Made by a program: the position numbers and the translations under genes. Below, one piece after another: positions 1-10,546 of a stretch of 64,000 nucleotides of DNA. The notes below the pieces were generated by a model, which saw nothing but the letters and a program-made list of their open reading frames with translations, had not been told where the DNA came from and searched no databases. Position 1 is the stretch's first letter, and each line of letters begins with the position of its first letter. The stretch comes from an uncultured Thermoanaerobaculia bacterium (GTDB taxonomy: Bacteria; Acidobacteriota; Thermoanaerobaculia; Multivoradales; Multivoraceae). The stretch is from NCBI GenBank assembly GCA_951813015.1, contig CATOTG010000002.1, forward strand, positions 487,475 through 551,474, written 5' to 3'.

Positions 1-690
1 GAAAGCGGGATCGACATCTCCGGACCCCCGGCCCCGCGGCAGGGCTGGCACGGCCACAAGCCGACGTTGAGCCATCAGCAGCCTGCCGGCAAGATGGGAC
101 AGCGCCGCTTCGCGGGACGGCCCGCGGGACCGGCGCCTCGGAGCCGGCGCCGGCGGCGACTCCGGACCGGCGTGAGGTTGTAGCTCGAACCCGGGCCGGC
201 AGTCCCGGTCCGAAGCAGGCGGCGGCGTCGACTCCAGGGCGTCGTCGATCAGCCGCAGCAGGTCCCGGCGAACGCCCCGGAACGTCCGCGCCAGCGCCGC
301 GTCGATGCGCGCTCCCTCCAGGCGTGCGAACAGCGCCCGGGCGAGGCCAGGCTGATCGAAACCGGCGAAGAAGTCGGCGAACCGGACCGGGCCGCGGCGA
401 TAGGTGCCGAACAGCACGCCGCCCAACTGGTGCAGCACGGCCATCCGGTAGACCATGAAGTTGCCGCAGGGGTTGCCAAACCGCTCGATTTGTTCCGGCA
501 GGTAGAAGGCCGCGCCGTCGGTCGTCGGTCGGCCGGCCGCGGCCGCGCCTTCCAGGTCGACATGGCCGGCGCGCGACCGATCGCCGGACGCCAGGTCGCC
601 AAGCGGCCGGACCTCGGCCGGCCGCGCCAGCATCGCCTCGACGTAGATCTCGAGGACGCGGGCGACGTCGTCGAGGGCGACCGCGGTCAA
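1..690 (-). CDS. NorD/CbbO-like VWA-domain partner of the MoxR AAA ATPase, N-terminal part (runs off window)
   Basis: Manually translated open frame from TTG at 690: MTAVALDDVARVLEIYVEAML...TDGAAFYLPEQI...ARLEGARIDAALAR, typical of the CbbO/NorD N-terminus; lies directly downstream of the cbbQ-like gene. Confidence 0.65.
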   Translation of the reverse strand, partial: MTAVALDDVARVLEIYVEAMLARPAEVRPLGDLASGDRSRAGHVDLEGAAAAGRPTTDGAAFYLPEQIERFGNPCGNFMVYRMAVLHQLGGVLFGTYRRGPVRFADFFAGFDQPGLARALFARLEGARIDAALARTFRGVRRDLLRLIDDALESTPPPASDRDCRPGFELQPHAGPESPPAPAPRRRSRGPSREAALSHLAGRLLMAQRRLVAVPALPRGRGSGDVDPAF

Positions 691-767
691 GGCAGCAACG
701 TCGTTGCGACTCGGCTCAACGCGGGCCACCGTCGAGGCTCGGTCACGGCAGCAACGTCGTTGCGACT
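685..767. repeat. 27-bp direct repeat (685-711 and 741-767) duplicating the 3' end of the AAA ATPase gene
   Basis: ggtca(a/c)ggcagcaacgtcgttgcgact occurs twice with one mismatch, 56 bp apart; contains the palindrome gcaacg-t-cgttgc. Confidence 0.85.
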
Positions 768-1594
768 TCGGTCACCGCGCGCTGGACTTCGTCGTCGTCG
801 GTGATCGCCCGGCAGATCGCGGCGACGCAAGCCTCGCGCACGCCGATGCCGCCAACGATCAACTGCGCCGTGTAGATCAGCAGCCGCGTGCTGACCCCTT
901 CGTCGAAGCCGCGGTGGTGCAGGTTGCGAATGCGCTTGCCGAGTTCGGCCAGGTCGCGGGCCAGGGGCACGTCGATGTCCGCCTCGTGGGCGATGATCTC
1001 GGCTTCGACCTCGGGCGGCGGGTAGTCGAACTCGAGCGCCACGAACCGCTGGCGCGTGCTCGGCTTCAGGTCCTTGGCGACGCTCTGGTAGCCGGGGTTG
1101 TACGACAGGACGAGCAGGAAATCGGGGTGCGCCGGCAGGATTTCGCCCCGTTTCTCGATCGGCAGGATGCGGCGGTGGTCGGTCAGCGCGTGGATCAGCA
1201 CTGTCGTGTCCTTGCGCGCCTCGACGATCTCGTCCAGGTAGCAGATCGACCCGTCGCGCACCGCCCGCGTCAGGGGACCGTCCATCCAGACCGTGTCGTC
1301 GCCCTCGAGCAGGTACCGTCCCACCAGGTCCGTCGCGGTCAGATCCTCGTGGCAGGCGACCGTCACCAGAGGCGAATCGATGCCGGCTCGCGTCCCTGCC
1401 TCGGCGCCGCGATACAGACGGTGCGTCATGTGCTCCAGGAACCGGGTCTTGCCGCAACCGGTCGGGCCCTTGAGCAGCACCGGCATCCGTGCCCGGTGGG
1501 CGGCCAGGAACAACTCGACCTCGTTGCCGACCGCCAGGTAGTAAGGCGCCTCCGGCGCCGGCCGCGGCGTCGCCGCTTGCAGAGCCTGGGTCAT
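743..1594 (-). CDS. CbbQ/NirQ/NorQ family MoxR-type AAA+ ATPase
   Basis: Walker [24 protein letters not shown], Walker [34 protein letters not shown]. Confidence 0.93.
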   Translation of the reverse strand: MTQALQAATPRPAPEAPYYLAVGNEVELFLAAHRARMPVLLKGPTGCGKTRFLEHMTHRLYRGAEAGTRAGIDSPLVTVACHEDLTATDLVGRYLLEGDDTVWMDGPLTRAVRDGSICYLDEIVEARKDTTVLIHALTDHRRILPIEKRGEILPAHPDFLLVLSYNPGYQSVAKDLKPSTRQRFVALEFDYPPPEVEAEIIAHEADIDVPLARDLAELGKRIRNLHHRGFDEGVSTRLLIYTAQLIVGGIGVREACVAAICRAITDDDEVQRAVTEVATTLLP

Positions 1595-1612
1595 GCCGCG
1601 TGCCGCCGGGAG

Positions 1613-1900
1613 TCAGTTCTGGTCGATCGCCCGGGCAAGCGCAAAGTCCTTGTCGGTCACGCCACCCGCCGAGTGAGTGCTGAGGGTCAGCCGGACCCGG
1701 TTGTACCGGATGTCGATGTCCGGATGGTGGTCCGCCGCCTCGGCGAGCTCGGCAACGAAATCGACGAAGCGCACCGCCGCCGGGAAGGTCGGAAACCGGT
1801 ACTCCCGCGAGATCGAAGGAGCTTCGAAATCCGGCGCCCAGCCACCCAGCTCCCCGCACGCCGCCTTGATCTCGTCTGCCGTCATCGCCATCGTCGTCAC
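1613..1900 (-). CDS. phhB: Pterin-4-alpha-carbinolamine dehydratase
   Basis: AEAADHHPDIDIRYNRV..STHSAGGVTDKDFALA signature; exact start uncertain. Confidence 0.9.
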   Translation of the reverse strand: MTTMAMTADEIKAACGELGGWAPDFEAPSISREYRFPTFPAAVRFVDFVAELAEAADHHPDIDIRYNRVRLTLSTHSAGGVTDKDFALARAIDQN

Positions 1901-2032
1901 CTCCGGTGCGCGACCCTAGCAGCAGCCGTATCGCTCGGGTCGCAGCGCGACGGCTCACGGCTTCCAGCCGTTCCGGCTTCCGGGGGGGCAGCTTCCAGGC
2001 AGCTCGCCCCGCAGTGGTACTGTCGGCGGCCT

Positions 2033-3244
2033 ATGAAATTCGGCATCTTCTACGAGCACCAGTTGCCCAAGCCCTGGGGGCCGGACTCCGAGCACCGACT
2101 GCTCCAGAACTCGCTGGAACAGATCGCACTCGCGGACCGGCTCGGGTACGACTACGCCTGGGAGGTGGAGCACCACTTCCTGGAGGAGTACTCGCACAGT
2201 TCCGCGCCCGAGGTGTTCCTGGCCGCGGCGTCGCAGCGGACACGGAACATCCGTCTCGGCCACGGCATCGTCCAGTTGACGACGAATCACCCGGCGCGAG
2301 TGGCGGAACGGGTTTCGACCCTCGATCTGGTGTCGAACGGTCGGGTCGAACTCGGCCTCGGCGAGGGCTCCAGCGTCACCGAGTTGCATCCCTTCGGCCG
2401 CAGTTTTCGCGACAAGCGGATCGTGTGGGAGGAGGCCGTCCAGGCTTGTCTGCCGATGTTCTGGGAAGAGGGCTGGGAGTACCACGGCCACTACTTCGAC
2501 TTCCCGCTGCGCAACGTGATCCCGAAGCCGCTGCAGCGGCCCCACCCGCCGCTGTGGGTCGCCTGCTCGCAGCTCGACACGATCCGCTACGCCGCCCACC
2601 GGGGGATGGGCGCGCTGTGCTTCAAGTTCGTCGATCTCGACTCCGCCCGCGCCTGGGTCAACGCGTACTACAACACCTTCCTCGGCGATCAGCAGAAGCT
2701 CTGCGACTACCGGACGAATCCGAACCTGGCCACCGTCAGCGGCTTCATGTGCGCGCCCACCGACGAGGAGGCGCGGCAGAAGGCGGACGGCTGGACCTTC
2801 TTCCAGTTCGCCCTCCAGCTTTACAACAAGGAGGGGCCGTTCAAACCCGGGACGAACAACTTCTGGGAGCGCTACCAGGAGTGGAAGCAGACCCCCGAGG
2901 GCCGGCGGCGCTCCGACAGCGAACTGATCGGCTCACCTGAGACGATCCGCGAGCGGCTGCGCGAACTTGAGCGGGCGCATGTCGACCAGGTCATCCTGCT
3001 CAACCAGGCCGGCAAGAACACCCACGAGGACATCATGAGCAGCCTGGAGCTGTTCGCGCGCGAAGTGATGCCCGAGTTCCAGGAGCGCGAGGACCGGCAC
3101 CAGGAATGGAAACGCGCCGTACTCGCCGGCGAGCGGAGCCTTGACGAGATCGACACGGATCCCTTCAACGCAACCGCGCGGCTGAAGCCCACCCTGCCAC
3201 CGTCGGAGGAGGCCCTCGCCGCGGCGAGGAAGTGGGCGAGCTGA
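2033..3244 (+). CDS. LLM class (luciferase-like) flavin-dependent oxidoreductase
   Basis: MKFGIFYEHQLP, WEVEHHFLEEYSHSSAPEVFLAA, IRLGHGI, PKPLQRPHPPLW; true start ATG 2033 lies inside the longer ORF. Confidence 0.93.
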   Translation: MKFGIFYEHQLPKPWGPDSEHRLLQNSLEQIALADRLGYDYAWEVEHHFLEEYSHSSAPEVFLAAASQRTRNIRLGHGIVQLTTNHPARVAERVSTLDLVSNGRVELGLGEGSSVTELHPFGRSFRDKRIVWEEAVQACLPMFWEEGWEYHGHYFDFPLRNVIPKPLQRPHPPLWVACSQLDTIRYAAHRGMGALCFKFVDLDSARAWVNAYYNTFLGDQQKLCDYRTNPNLATVSGFMCAPTDEEARQKADGWTFFQFALQLYNKEGPFKPGTNNFWERYQEWKQTPEGRRRSDSELIGSPETIRERLRELERAHVDQVILLNQAGKNTHEDIMSSLELFAREVMPEFQEREDRHQEWKRAVLAGERSLDEIDTDPFNATARLKPTLPPSEEALAAARKWAS

Positions 3245-3276
3245 CTCGCACACACAACCAACTCAGGAGATCATCC

Positions 3277-4098
3277 ATGTCCATGAAGTCCGCCAGCCGC
3301 AACGCCCTCTTCCTCGCACTCGCCTGTTGCCTCCCGCTTCTCGGCGCCTGTGCCGCGTACGACGCAGAGATTCCACAGACGCAGGCAGAGGCCGCGCCAC
3401 CCGAGCCAGTCCGGGAGTTGACGGAGGAAGAGAAGATCATCGCCCGCTACATCGAAGCGATCGGCGGTGAGGAAGCCATCCGGGCTCACACATCGATGAC
3501 CACGAAGGGCGCGTTCGAGATGCCGGCCATGGGCATGTCCGGGGATGCAACCGCGTACGCCATGGCGCCCAACAAGACCCTGGCCATCATCACTCTTTCC
3601 GGCATGGGCGAGATCGTCGAGGGCACCAATGGCGACGTCGCCTGGGCCGAAGACCCGATGCAGGGGCCGCGACTGCTGGACGGCAAGATGCTCGCCGACG
3701 CCAAGCGCGAGGCCCGCTTCCACGCCGCACTGGAGTACGACGTTCTGTACCCGGATCAGAAGGCTGCCGGCGAGACCGAGTGGGACGGCCAGACCGCCCA
3801 CCAGCTCGATCTGGTCGACACCGACGGCAACGAGTCGTCACACTACTTCGCCGCGGACACGGGCCTTCTGATCGGCATCGAGGCAACTGATACCAATGAA
3901 ATGGGAACAATGAACGTGACCATCACGATGGGCGGCTACCAGGAGTTCGGCGACATGCTGTTTCCCACCTCGACGCTCTTCAGCATGCCCGACATGGGGT
4001 TCGAGTTCACACAGACCACCGAGTCCGTGACCTTCGACGACGTCGACCCGAGCGTCTTCGAGCCGTCGGACTCGATCAAGGCGCTGTTGCCGGAGTAG
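3277..4098 (+). CDS. Lipoprotein, outer-membrane lipoprotein-sorting/LolA-like fold, unknown function
   Basis: RBS aggag, lipobox LLGAC, IIARYIEAIGGEEAI, YFAADTGLL, YQEFGDMLFP. Confidence 0.7.
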   Translation: MSMKSASRNALFLALACCLPLLGACAAYDAEIPQTQAEAAPPEPVRELTEEEKIIARYIEAIGGEEAIRAHTSMTTKGAFEMPAMGMSGDATAYAMAPNKTLAIITLSGMGEIVEGTNGDVAWAEDPMQGPRLLDGKMLADAKREARFHAALEYDVLYPDQKAAGETEWDGQTAHQLDLVDTDGNESSHYFAADTGLLIGIEATDTNEMGTMNVTITMGGYQEFGDMLFPTSTLFSMPDMGFEFTQTTESVTFDDVDPSVFEPSDSIKALLPE

Positions 4099-4119
4099 GC
4101 GCGCGGTCCGCTCGAGGCA

Positions 4120-4390
4120 GTTCCGCTCCCGGTGCGGCCGCATCCTTGAGACCGCACCGACTCCCTTCGCCGTGGCGGCGGGTGTAGCGCGGCGGCGCGG
4201 CCGGTTCCGCTGCGAACGCATCCTTGCGGCCACACCTGCGCTCTTCGTCTCGGCGGCGGGTGTAGCGCGGCGGCGCGGCCGGTTCCGCTGCGAACGCATC
4301 CTTGCGGCCGCACCTGCGCTCTTCGTCTCGGTGGCGGGTGTAGCACGGCGATGCGGCGGGTTCCGCTGCGGCCGCGGCCTTGCGGCCGCG
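4120..4390. repeat. Tandem array of about 3.5 copies of a 78-bp GC-rich unit (REP/BIME-like)
   Basis: Unit ggcggcgggtgtagcgcggcggcgcggccggttccgctgcgaacgcatccttgcggcc..ctcttcgtctc at about 4174 and 4252, with degenerate copies at 4330 and 4120. Confidence 0.85.
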
Positions 4391-6936
4391 GCGGCGTTGC
4401 TTGCCGCGGCCGCGACGTCGGCCGAAGCCCAGGGAAGCCGCCGGCCGCAAGCTCGTCTGACGGACTTCTACGAGCAGTGGTTCGCCGAGGTCGAGCCGCT
4501 CTTCTTTGACCACGAGCGCCGGGCCTTCGAGCAACTTGAAGGCCCTGGCGCGCAGGAGCGCTTCCTGCGCGCTTTCTGGGCGGCGCGCCCGCCGCGGCTG
4601 CTGGAACGCTGGCGCCAGAATCTCGAGGCCCGCGATCAACTGCGCGAACGGTCGCCCGAGATGGAGCGGGCCGTGCTGCTGGCCGGAAAGCCGGCCTACC
4701 GGCAAAGCGTCGAACCGTGCGAATCGACCCTTGCGGCGAATCGAGATCTGGGTCTATGACGGGTGGGAACTCGAACATCAGCTCGGCCGCTCCCCTCCGC
4801 CCGACACGAGCCAGGTCGTCCTCGCGTTCGTCCAGCAGGTCAACTTCGACCCCCGGTCGATGGCGCTGTGGTCGCCGGACGCCGGCGTGGACCTCACCTT
4901 CGCACCCGGAACGTCCGACAGCGTGAGCGACGCCGCCGCGCCGCCGCCGGCCGATGCACTGAGGATCCTCGATCAGGCGGAGCGAAGGCGTTGCCTGACC
5001 GCGAACGAACGCCGCCGCCTGGAGCGCAGGCTCGAACGCGCCGTCGGCTGGAGCGAGTTCGTCGAGCAGATGGACTGGACGCCCAAAGCGCCCGGCGCCG
5101 ATGGGGACGGGTCGAGCTGGGTCGACGACTTTCTGCGCACGCAAGCCGTCCTCGATCCCGACGCGATGGCGTTGCCGGGCGTTTCGCTGGAGTTCGAGGC
5201 CCTCGGCAGCGAGAACCGTCGCACCGCGATGCGCGGCCGGCTGCGGCTGCCCCACGAACATCTCGCCAAACTCGGCGCCGGCCAGATCCTCGACCGGGTG
5301 ACGATCACAGGCGATGTCTTCTTCGGCAACCGGCTCGCCGACGCCTTCGTCGTCACCCACCACATGAGCGGCGGCGTTCCGGTCGACGCGACGGGCGGCG
5401 ACGACCCGGCGCCGGGCATCGCACTCGACTTCTACCGTCGTCTGCCTCCCGGGCCCTACCGCATCGAACTCCGCGCCGAAGACAACCTGGGGCGCGGGTT
5501 GCTCCGCAGCAGCAACGCGCTCGACGTACCGACGCTCGCCACGGCGCCGGAGGTGCCTGATCTTCACCTGCTGACCCGCCGCGAGACGATCGTGCTGAAC
5601 CAGTTGCCTGCGGTCGAGCTTCTGGCGCCGGACGGCCGGGTACTCGGTTCCTCGTTCACCGCCCGGGCCATCGCCAGCCCCGGCGTCGCCGAAGTCGCCT
5701 TCCTGCGCGACGGCGAGGCGGTAGCCACGGTCGCAGGACCGCCCTTCGTTTGTTGCCGTCAACCTGCCGGAGCAGCGACACCGCGTCGAAGTACGCGGAT
5801 ACGACAACGGGGGCCAGCTTCTGGCGCGGCACGGCCTCGACATCGAGCGGGAGGAGCGCCCGTTCGCGATCCGCCTGGAACAACCCGACACCGCCCGCCT
5901 GAATGAGGCGCTCGAGCTCGCGGTCCGCGTCGACGTGCCGTCAGGCCGCGAACTCGACCGCGTCGAGTGCTTCCTGGGTACGGAATCGCTGGAACGGATG
6001 GCTTCGCCGCCCTTCCGTTGCCGCATTCCGGCCGGACTGCGAAGACCGCTCGCCTTCGTTCGCGCCCGTGGCCACGCTGCAACTCGAGCGAAGGGGGTTC
6101 CGGGGAACAGGTCGAGGATCTCGTCTTTCTGGGCGCCGGGGCCCCCGAGAAGATCGACGTCCGCCTGGTCGAGATGCTCGTCTCGGTCGGCGGCCGGCAG
6201 ACCAGCCCGGCCGCCGACCTCGGGCCGGCGGACTTCCGGGTTCTTCACCACGGCATCGAGGCGCCGGTCCATGACTTCCGCAACCCTCGCCGACAGGCCG
6301 CTGAACGTCGCCCTCCTGATGGATGTCTCCAGCTCCCTGGGACGCAGCGTCCGGGTGGCGGCCACGAGCGCGCAGCGCTTCTTCGAGGGCGTCCTGACCG
6401 AGCGTGACGCTGCCAGCCTCCTCGTGTTCAACCACGATCTCGAGCGGCTGACGCCGTTTACCGGCGACACCCGCCTGCTCCGCTATGCCGCCGACGGCCT
6501 GCGCGCCTGGGGCTCGACCCGGCTCTACGACGGTATCGCCTACGCGGTTTCGTCGTTCGCCGGACGGCCGGACCGGCGGGCGCTCGTCATCCTGAGCGAC
6601 GGCGCGGACACCGACAGCAACCTGGACTTCGAGCGCGTGCTCGCCCAGGTCGAGCTCGCTGAGGTGGCGATCTACCCCGTCGCGCTACGCGTAAGCGACC
6701 AGGCAACGATCGACGCGCTACGGACGCTTGCCGACCGGACCGGCGGCCAGTACCAGATCGCCGACTCGGTCGACGACCTGGACCGCATCTATCGCCAGAT
6801 CGCACGCGCCCTTCGCTCCCAGTACCTGATCGCCTTCGAGCCGGCTGCGGGCGCGGCGGCCGGGCTCAGGGACATCCGGGTCGAGGTGCTGCGTCCAGGG
6901 TTGACGGTGACGGGAGTGCGAAGCCGGTCGCGGGTA
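4172..6936 (+). pseudogene. GWxTD-domain / Ig-like / VWA protein, frameshifted (sequence errors or pseudogene)
   Basis: FYEQWFAEVEPLFFDHERRAF...FLRAFW N-terminus, IEIWVY, IDVRLVEMLVSV, VWA LNVALLMDVSSS..GSTRLYDGI..ILSDGADTDS..LRSQYLI; pieces lie in different frames with shifts near 4730, 5750, 6070 and 6280; the 3' end abuts a MITE. Confidence 0.75.
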
Positions 6937-7182
6937 GCAGCCCGTGGCAGAAGTCCGTGTCGCACCGAGAGTGGCCAGGCGCCCGCCCGGCAAGGCGCGA
7001 CGAGGGAGCATATCGGGGCCGCCCTCAATCCCGGGAACAAGGGCGACCGAGGAGCTTGCCCGGGTGGCGCGCTCCGCGCCACCCGCGAACCAGTCCGTGC
7101 GCCCGTCATCGGGCGCACGGATGGCACGATGCCGGGCGGGATGCATGGCCGCTCGAATGCAGCGCGACTTCTGCCACGGGCT
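6937..7182. mobile_element. MITE (non-autonomous element) with 17-bp perfect TIRs and a 70-bp internal double-hairpin insert
   Basis: agcccgtggcagaagtc (6939-6955) / gacttctgccacgggct (7166-7182); body matches, in inverted orientation, the arms at 28555-28620 and 30554-30684. Confidence 0.85.
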
Positions 7183-7283
7183 TGTCTGTTCAGATCCGAT
7201 CTCCGGGTGCACGGATGGCAGGCCGGCACACCCCGGTGTGCGCACCCGCGTAGACTGCCGGCATGGGCGGGAGGTCGGCGGCG

Positions 7284-8521
7284 ATGGAGGGCGATCGAGC
7301 GCGTCGTGCTCGCGGCACTGCCGCGAAGCGAAGGGAAACGCGGGCTTCTGGCTGTTCCTGGGCCAGCTCGTCACCACGTTCGGGATCGCCCTCTCGAACT
7401 TCCTGCTGTTCTTCACCCTGGCCTGGGCCGCCGTCCGGCGGCGACGGCTTTTCTTCGCGGCCGGGGACGAGGAACGGCGGCGGCGCCGGCTGCTTCTCTA
7501 CCCCCTGGCCGCCTACGCCCTCTGCTTCGTCCTCTCCGCGGCCTTCTCGTACGACCCGGCGACCAGCCTTTCCGAGCTCTCCCAGCTCTACTCCGCGTTG
7601 ACGCTCCCGCTGGCGCTGCTCCTGGTGCAGGGAGAGCGGCAGGTACGCCTTGTCGTTGACGCCGTCATTGCGACCACCGTCGTCCTGGCCATCTACGGTC
7701 TGGCGCAGTTCGCGTTCACGGACCACGGCCCGCTGCACCAGCGGATCCCGGGGCCGTTCTCGCACTACATGACATTTTCCGGCGTGCTCCTGCTTGGCCT
7801 CGCGCTGATCGCCGGCCGGGTCGCCAGCGGCCACGGCTGGCGCCGGCAGGTGAACTGGGTCGCCCTGACCGTCGTCGGCATGGCACTCGTTCTTACCCTC
7901 ACCCGCAGCGCCTGGCTCGGCGCCTTCGCCGTCGCAACGGCCGCCTTCGCCCTGCAGCGCCGCCGCGTTCTGGTCGGCTACGCCGCGGCCCTGGTCCTGG
8001 CGGTCATCTCGCTGGCCGCGGTGGCGCCGACGCTCTGGCCCACCTACTGGCAGCGCGCCACCTCGATGGTCGACGTCCGCAACCCCTCGAACTACGACCG
8101 GCTCTGCATGCTCTGGGCCGGCGGCCAGATGATCGCCGACCGGCCCCTTGTCGGCATCGGCCCGGCCATGGTCCGCGAGTGGTACCCGGTCTACCGCCAC
8201 CCGACCGCCGTGCGGGCCCGGGTGAAGCACCTGCACAACACGTTCGTTCACATGGCGGCCAGTCGCGGCGTTTTGTCGCTGCTCTGCTACCTGTGGTTGA
8301 CGGGCGCCGCGACGGCCCTGACCCTTGCCGCCTACCGGCGCGAGGGTGGAAGGGCGGGACCCCGCGGCGACCTCCACCTGGGCGTGCTCTTCGCCCTGCT
8401 GGCCCTGAACGTCGCGGGCCTGTTCGAGGCGAACTGGCGCGACACGGAAATCCAGCGCTGGGTGCTGTTCCTGCTCGCGCTGCCCGCGTGCCTGCCGGCT
8501 ACCAACCCGAGAGCGGCCTGA
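7284..8521 (+). CDS. O-antigen ligase (WaaL/Wzy_C) family membrane protein; start uncertain, possibly frameshifted
   Basis: Multiple TM helices, LTLTRSAWLG, SNYDRL..W..G..MIADRPLVGIG, HLHNTFVHMAASRG; the 5' extension of the listed ORF runs through the MITE. Confidence 0.85.
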
Positions 8522-8628
8522 GCCACCTCGGACCTTGGCTCGGTCGCGTCCCGCCTCGAGCGCCGCGTCGAGCTCGCCGCCCTCGTGGATCTGAACCACA
8601 TCGGGACCTTGGCTCGGTCGCGTCCGCC
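8519..8628. repeat. Imperfect direct repeat of about 36 bp with a 22-bp identical core
   Basis: ggaccttggctcggtcgcgtcc at 8530-8551 and 8604-8625. Confidence 0.8.
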
Positions 8629-8695
8629 TGCCAGACTGCGCCGACCCAGCGCCGACAGACGACCTCCCGACACCAGCCGTACACGGAGAATCCCC

Positions 8696-9360
8696 ATGCA
8701 ATTCGACCGTCTGAGCCTGATCGAGCTCCTCGATGTTCTGTCGGCGCGTGAAGCCTCCTGCGTCGAGTTGATGACCCGCCACCCTCAACGGCATCGAAGC
8801 GACGAATCCCAGGCTCAACGCGGTCGTCAGCCAGCGGTCGCGCGAGGCGCTGATCATCGACGCCGAAACGGCCGACGCGCGCCGCGCCGCCGGAGATGCC
8901 GCCCCCTCGAAGGCGTGCCCCTGTAGGGGTCAAGGACCTCGAGGATGTTGCCGGCATGGTGACCTCCATGGGTTCGCGCGTGTTCCGCGACTCGGTGGCC
9001 GAAGCCGATTCGACCCAGGTGGCCCGGCTGCGGGCCGCCGGAGCGATCGTCGTCGGCAAGACGAACACGCCGGAGTTCGGCTTCACCGCGATCACCAAGA
9101 ACCCGCTGTTCGGCGTCACCCGGTCGCCCCTGGAACCTGGAGCGCACCCCCGGCGGATCGAGCGGCGGTTCTTCTGCGGCGGTTCTTCTGCGGCGCTGGC
9201 CGGCGGCGTGCTGCCCCTGGTCACTTCCTCCGACGGCGGCGGCTCGATCCGCATTCCCGCCAGCTTCACCGGCGCCTTCGGCCTCAAGCCCCAGCCAGGG
9301 GCGGATACCCCGTGGGCCGATGAAGGCCTGGGACTACGGCAGCACCGCGGTCTACGGCGA
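8696..9360 (+). pseudogene. Amidase-signature (GatA-like) family, frameshifted and C-terminally truncated
   Basis: PLEGVP-GVKDL, GKTNTPEFG, GGSSGGSS, SDGGGSIRIPASFTGAFGLKP; several frameshifts, a 14-bp tandem duplication cggcggttcttctg near 9163, and homology stops at about 9355. Confidence 0.85.
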
Positions 9361-9463
9361 CGACCTGTTCCACCAGTCCGCCGTGCTCAAGGGTTCGCGG
9401 TCGGCGCTCGTGGAGCTTGCGGCCGCTTCGCGAGTTTGCCGAGGGCAGCCGGCAGGCCGCGGG

Positions 9464-10486
9464 CTACGGAATCACCGTGACCTTGACCGCCCCGGACCGT
9501 TTGTCGCCGGCGATCTCGAAGGCGCGCTCGATCTCGTCCAGTGGCACCTGGTGGGTGAGCAGCCCGGCGCAGCCATCCCCAGCACCCGCGAGGATCCGCA
9601 CCGCCTCCGCGAAGTCCTCCTGCCCGGGGCGGCGGGCGTAGCAGTTGGACCACTGCAGGCGCGCCTCCTTGCCCAGGAGCATCAGCGGATCAAGGGTCAG
9701 CAGGCCGGTGAAGACGCCCAGGATGCAGATCGTCCCGCCGGGGGCCAGGGCGATGCCTGCCGGACTCATCGTGTCCGCCAGACCGCCCACCGTTTCGACC
9801 ACCAGGTCGGCGTCGAAACCCGAAAGATCCTCCCCGGCGCCGGCGTCGATCACATCGTGCGCACCGAGCTGTTTCGCCAGCCGGGCCTGGTGCGGGTAGC
9901 GGGCGGTGGTCGCGACGTAGCCAAAGCCCCACGCCCGCGCCACGGCGACGACGGCCAGTCCGATCGTCCCGGCGCCCAGAACCAGCAGCCGAGCCGGCGG
10001 CGTGACCGATCCGGCATCCGCCAGACGCAACCCGTGAACCGCCACCGCGAAGGGCTCCGCCAGGGACGCGCTCGGCGCCGGGAGCGATCGCGGCGCCCGG
10101 TACAACCGGTGCGCCGGTACGACGACCGCGTCGGCAAAGCCTCCCGGACGCCGCAGCCCGTAGAGCTGGAGTTTCCGGCAGATCGAGTCACGGCCATCGC
10201 GGCACGGTTCGCAGTCGCCGCACGACGCAAGCGGCTCGACAACGACGGATTCTCCCGCCGCGAAGCCGCGGACACCGGGGCCCAGGTCGTCGACGATCCC
10301 CGCCATCTCGTGGCCCATCGTCGAACCCGGCTCGATGATGGGACTGGGGCTGTGGACCATGTGCAGGTCCGTGCCGCACAGACCACAGGCGCCAATCCGC
10401 AGCCGGACCTCTCCGGGACCCGGTTCCGGCAGCGGCCGTTCGACCAGACCCACCTTCCCGGGGCCGCGATAGACACCCGCGCGCAT
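9464..10486 (-). CDS. Zinc-dependent alcohol dehydrogenase (MDR family)
   Basis: CGLCGTDLH, GHEMAG, CGDCEPCRDGRDSIC structural Zn site, GAGTIG. Confidence 0.92.
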   Translation of the reverse strand: MRAGVYRGPGKVGLVERPLPEPGPGEVRLRIGACGLCGTDLHMVHSPSPIIEPGSTMGHEMAGIVDDLGPGVRGFAAGESVVVEPLASCGDCEPCRDGRDSICRKLQLYGLRRPGGFADAVVVPAHRLYRAPRSLPAPSASLAEPFAVAVHGLRLADAGSVTPPARLLVLGAGTIGLAVVAVARAWGFGYVATTARYPHQARLAKQLGAHDVIDAGAGEDLSGFDADLVVETVGGLADTMSPAGIALAPGGTICILGVFTGLLTLDPLMLLGKEARLQWSNCYARRPGQEDFAEAVRILAGAGDGCAGLLTHQVPLDEIERAFEIAGDKRSGAVKVTVIP

Positions 10487-10546
10487 CGCGCGGATCGTAG
10501 CAACGGAGGTCGAGAGGCGTGCGCGCCCCTTGGCAGCCCGTGGCTG

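Noticed and set aside
4120..4390. CRISPR array
   Set aside because: Units are contiguous near-identical 78-mers without unique spacers; no cas genes in the window.
3936..6470. 844-aa minus-strand ORF and similar long Arg/Pro/Gly-rich ORFs (e.g. 9320-11695, 31240-33777, 50412-52694)
   Set aside because: Shadow ORFs of real genes in high-GC DNA, with no recognisable motifs.
8519..8628. Mini-CRISPR (repeat-spacer-repeat)
   Set aside because: Only two imperfect copies, with no leader or cas genes; better explained as a local duplication.
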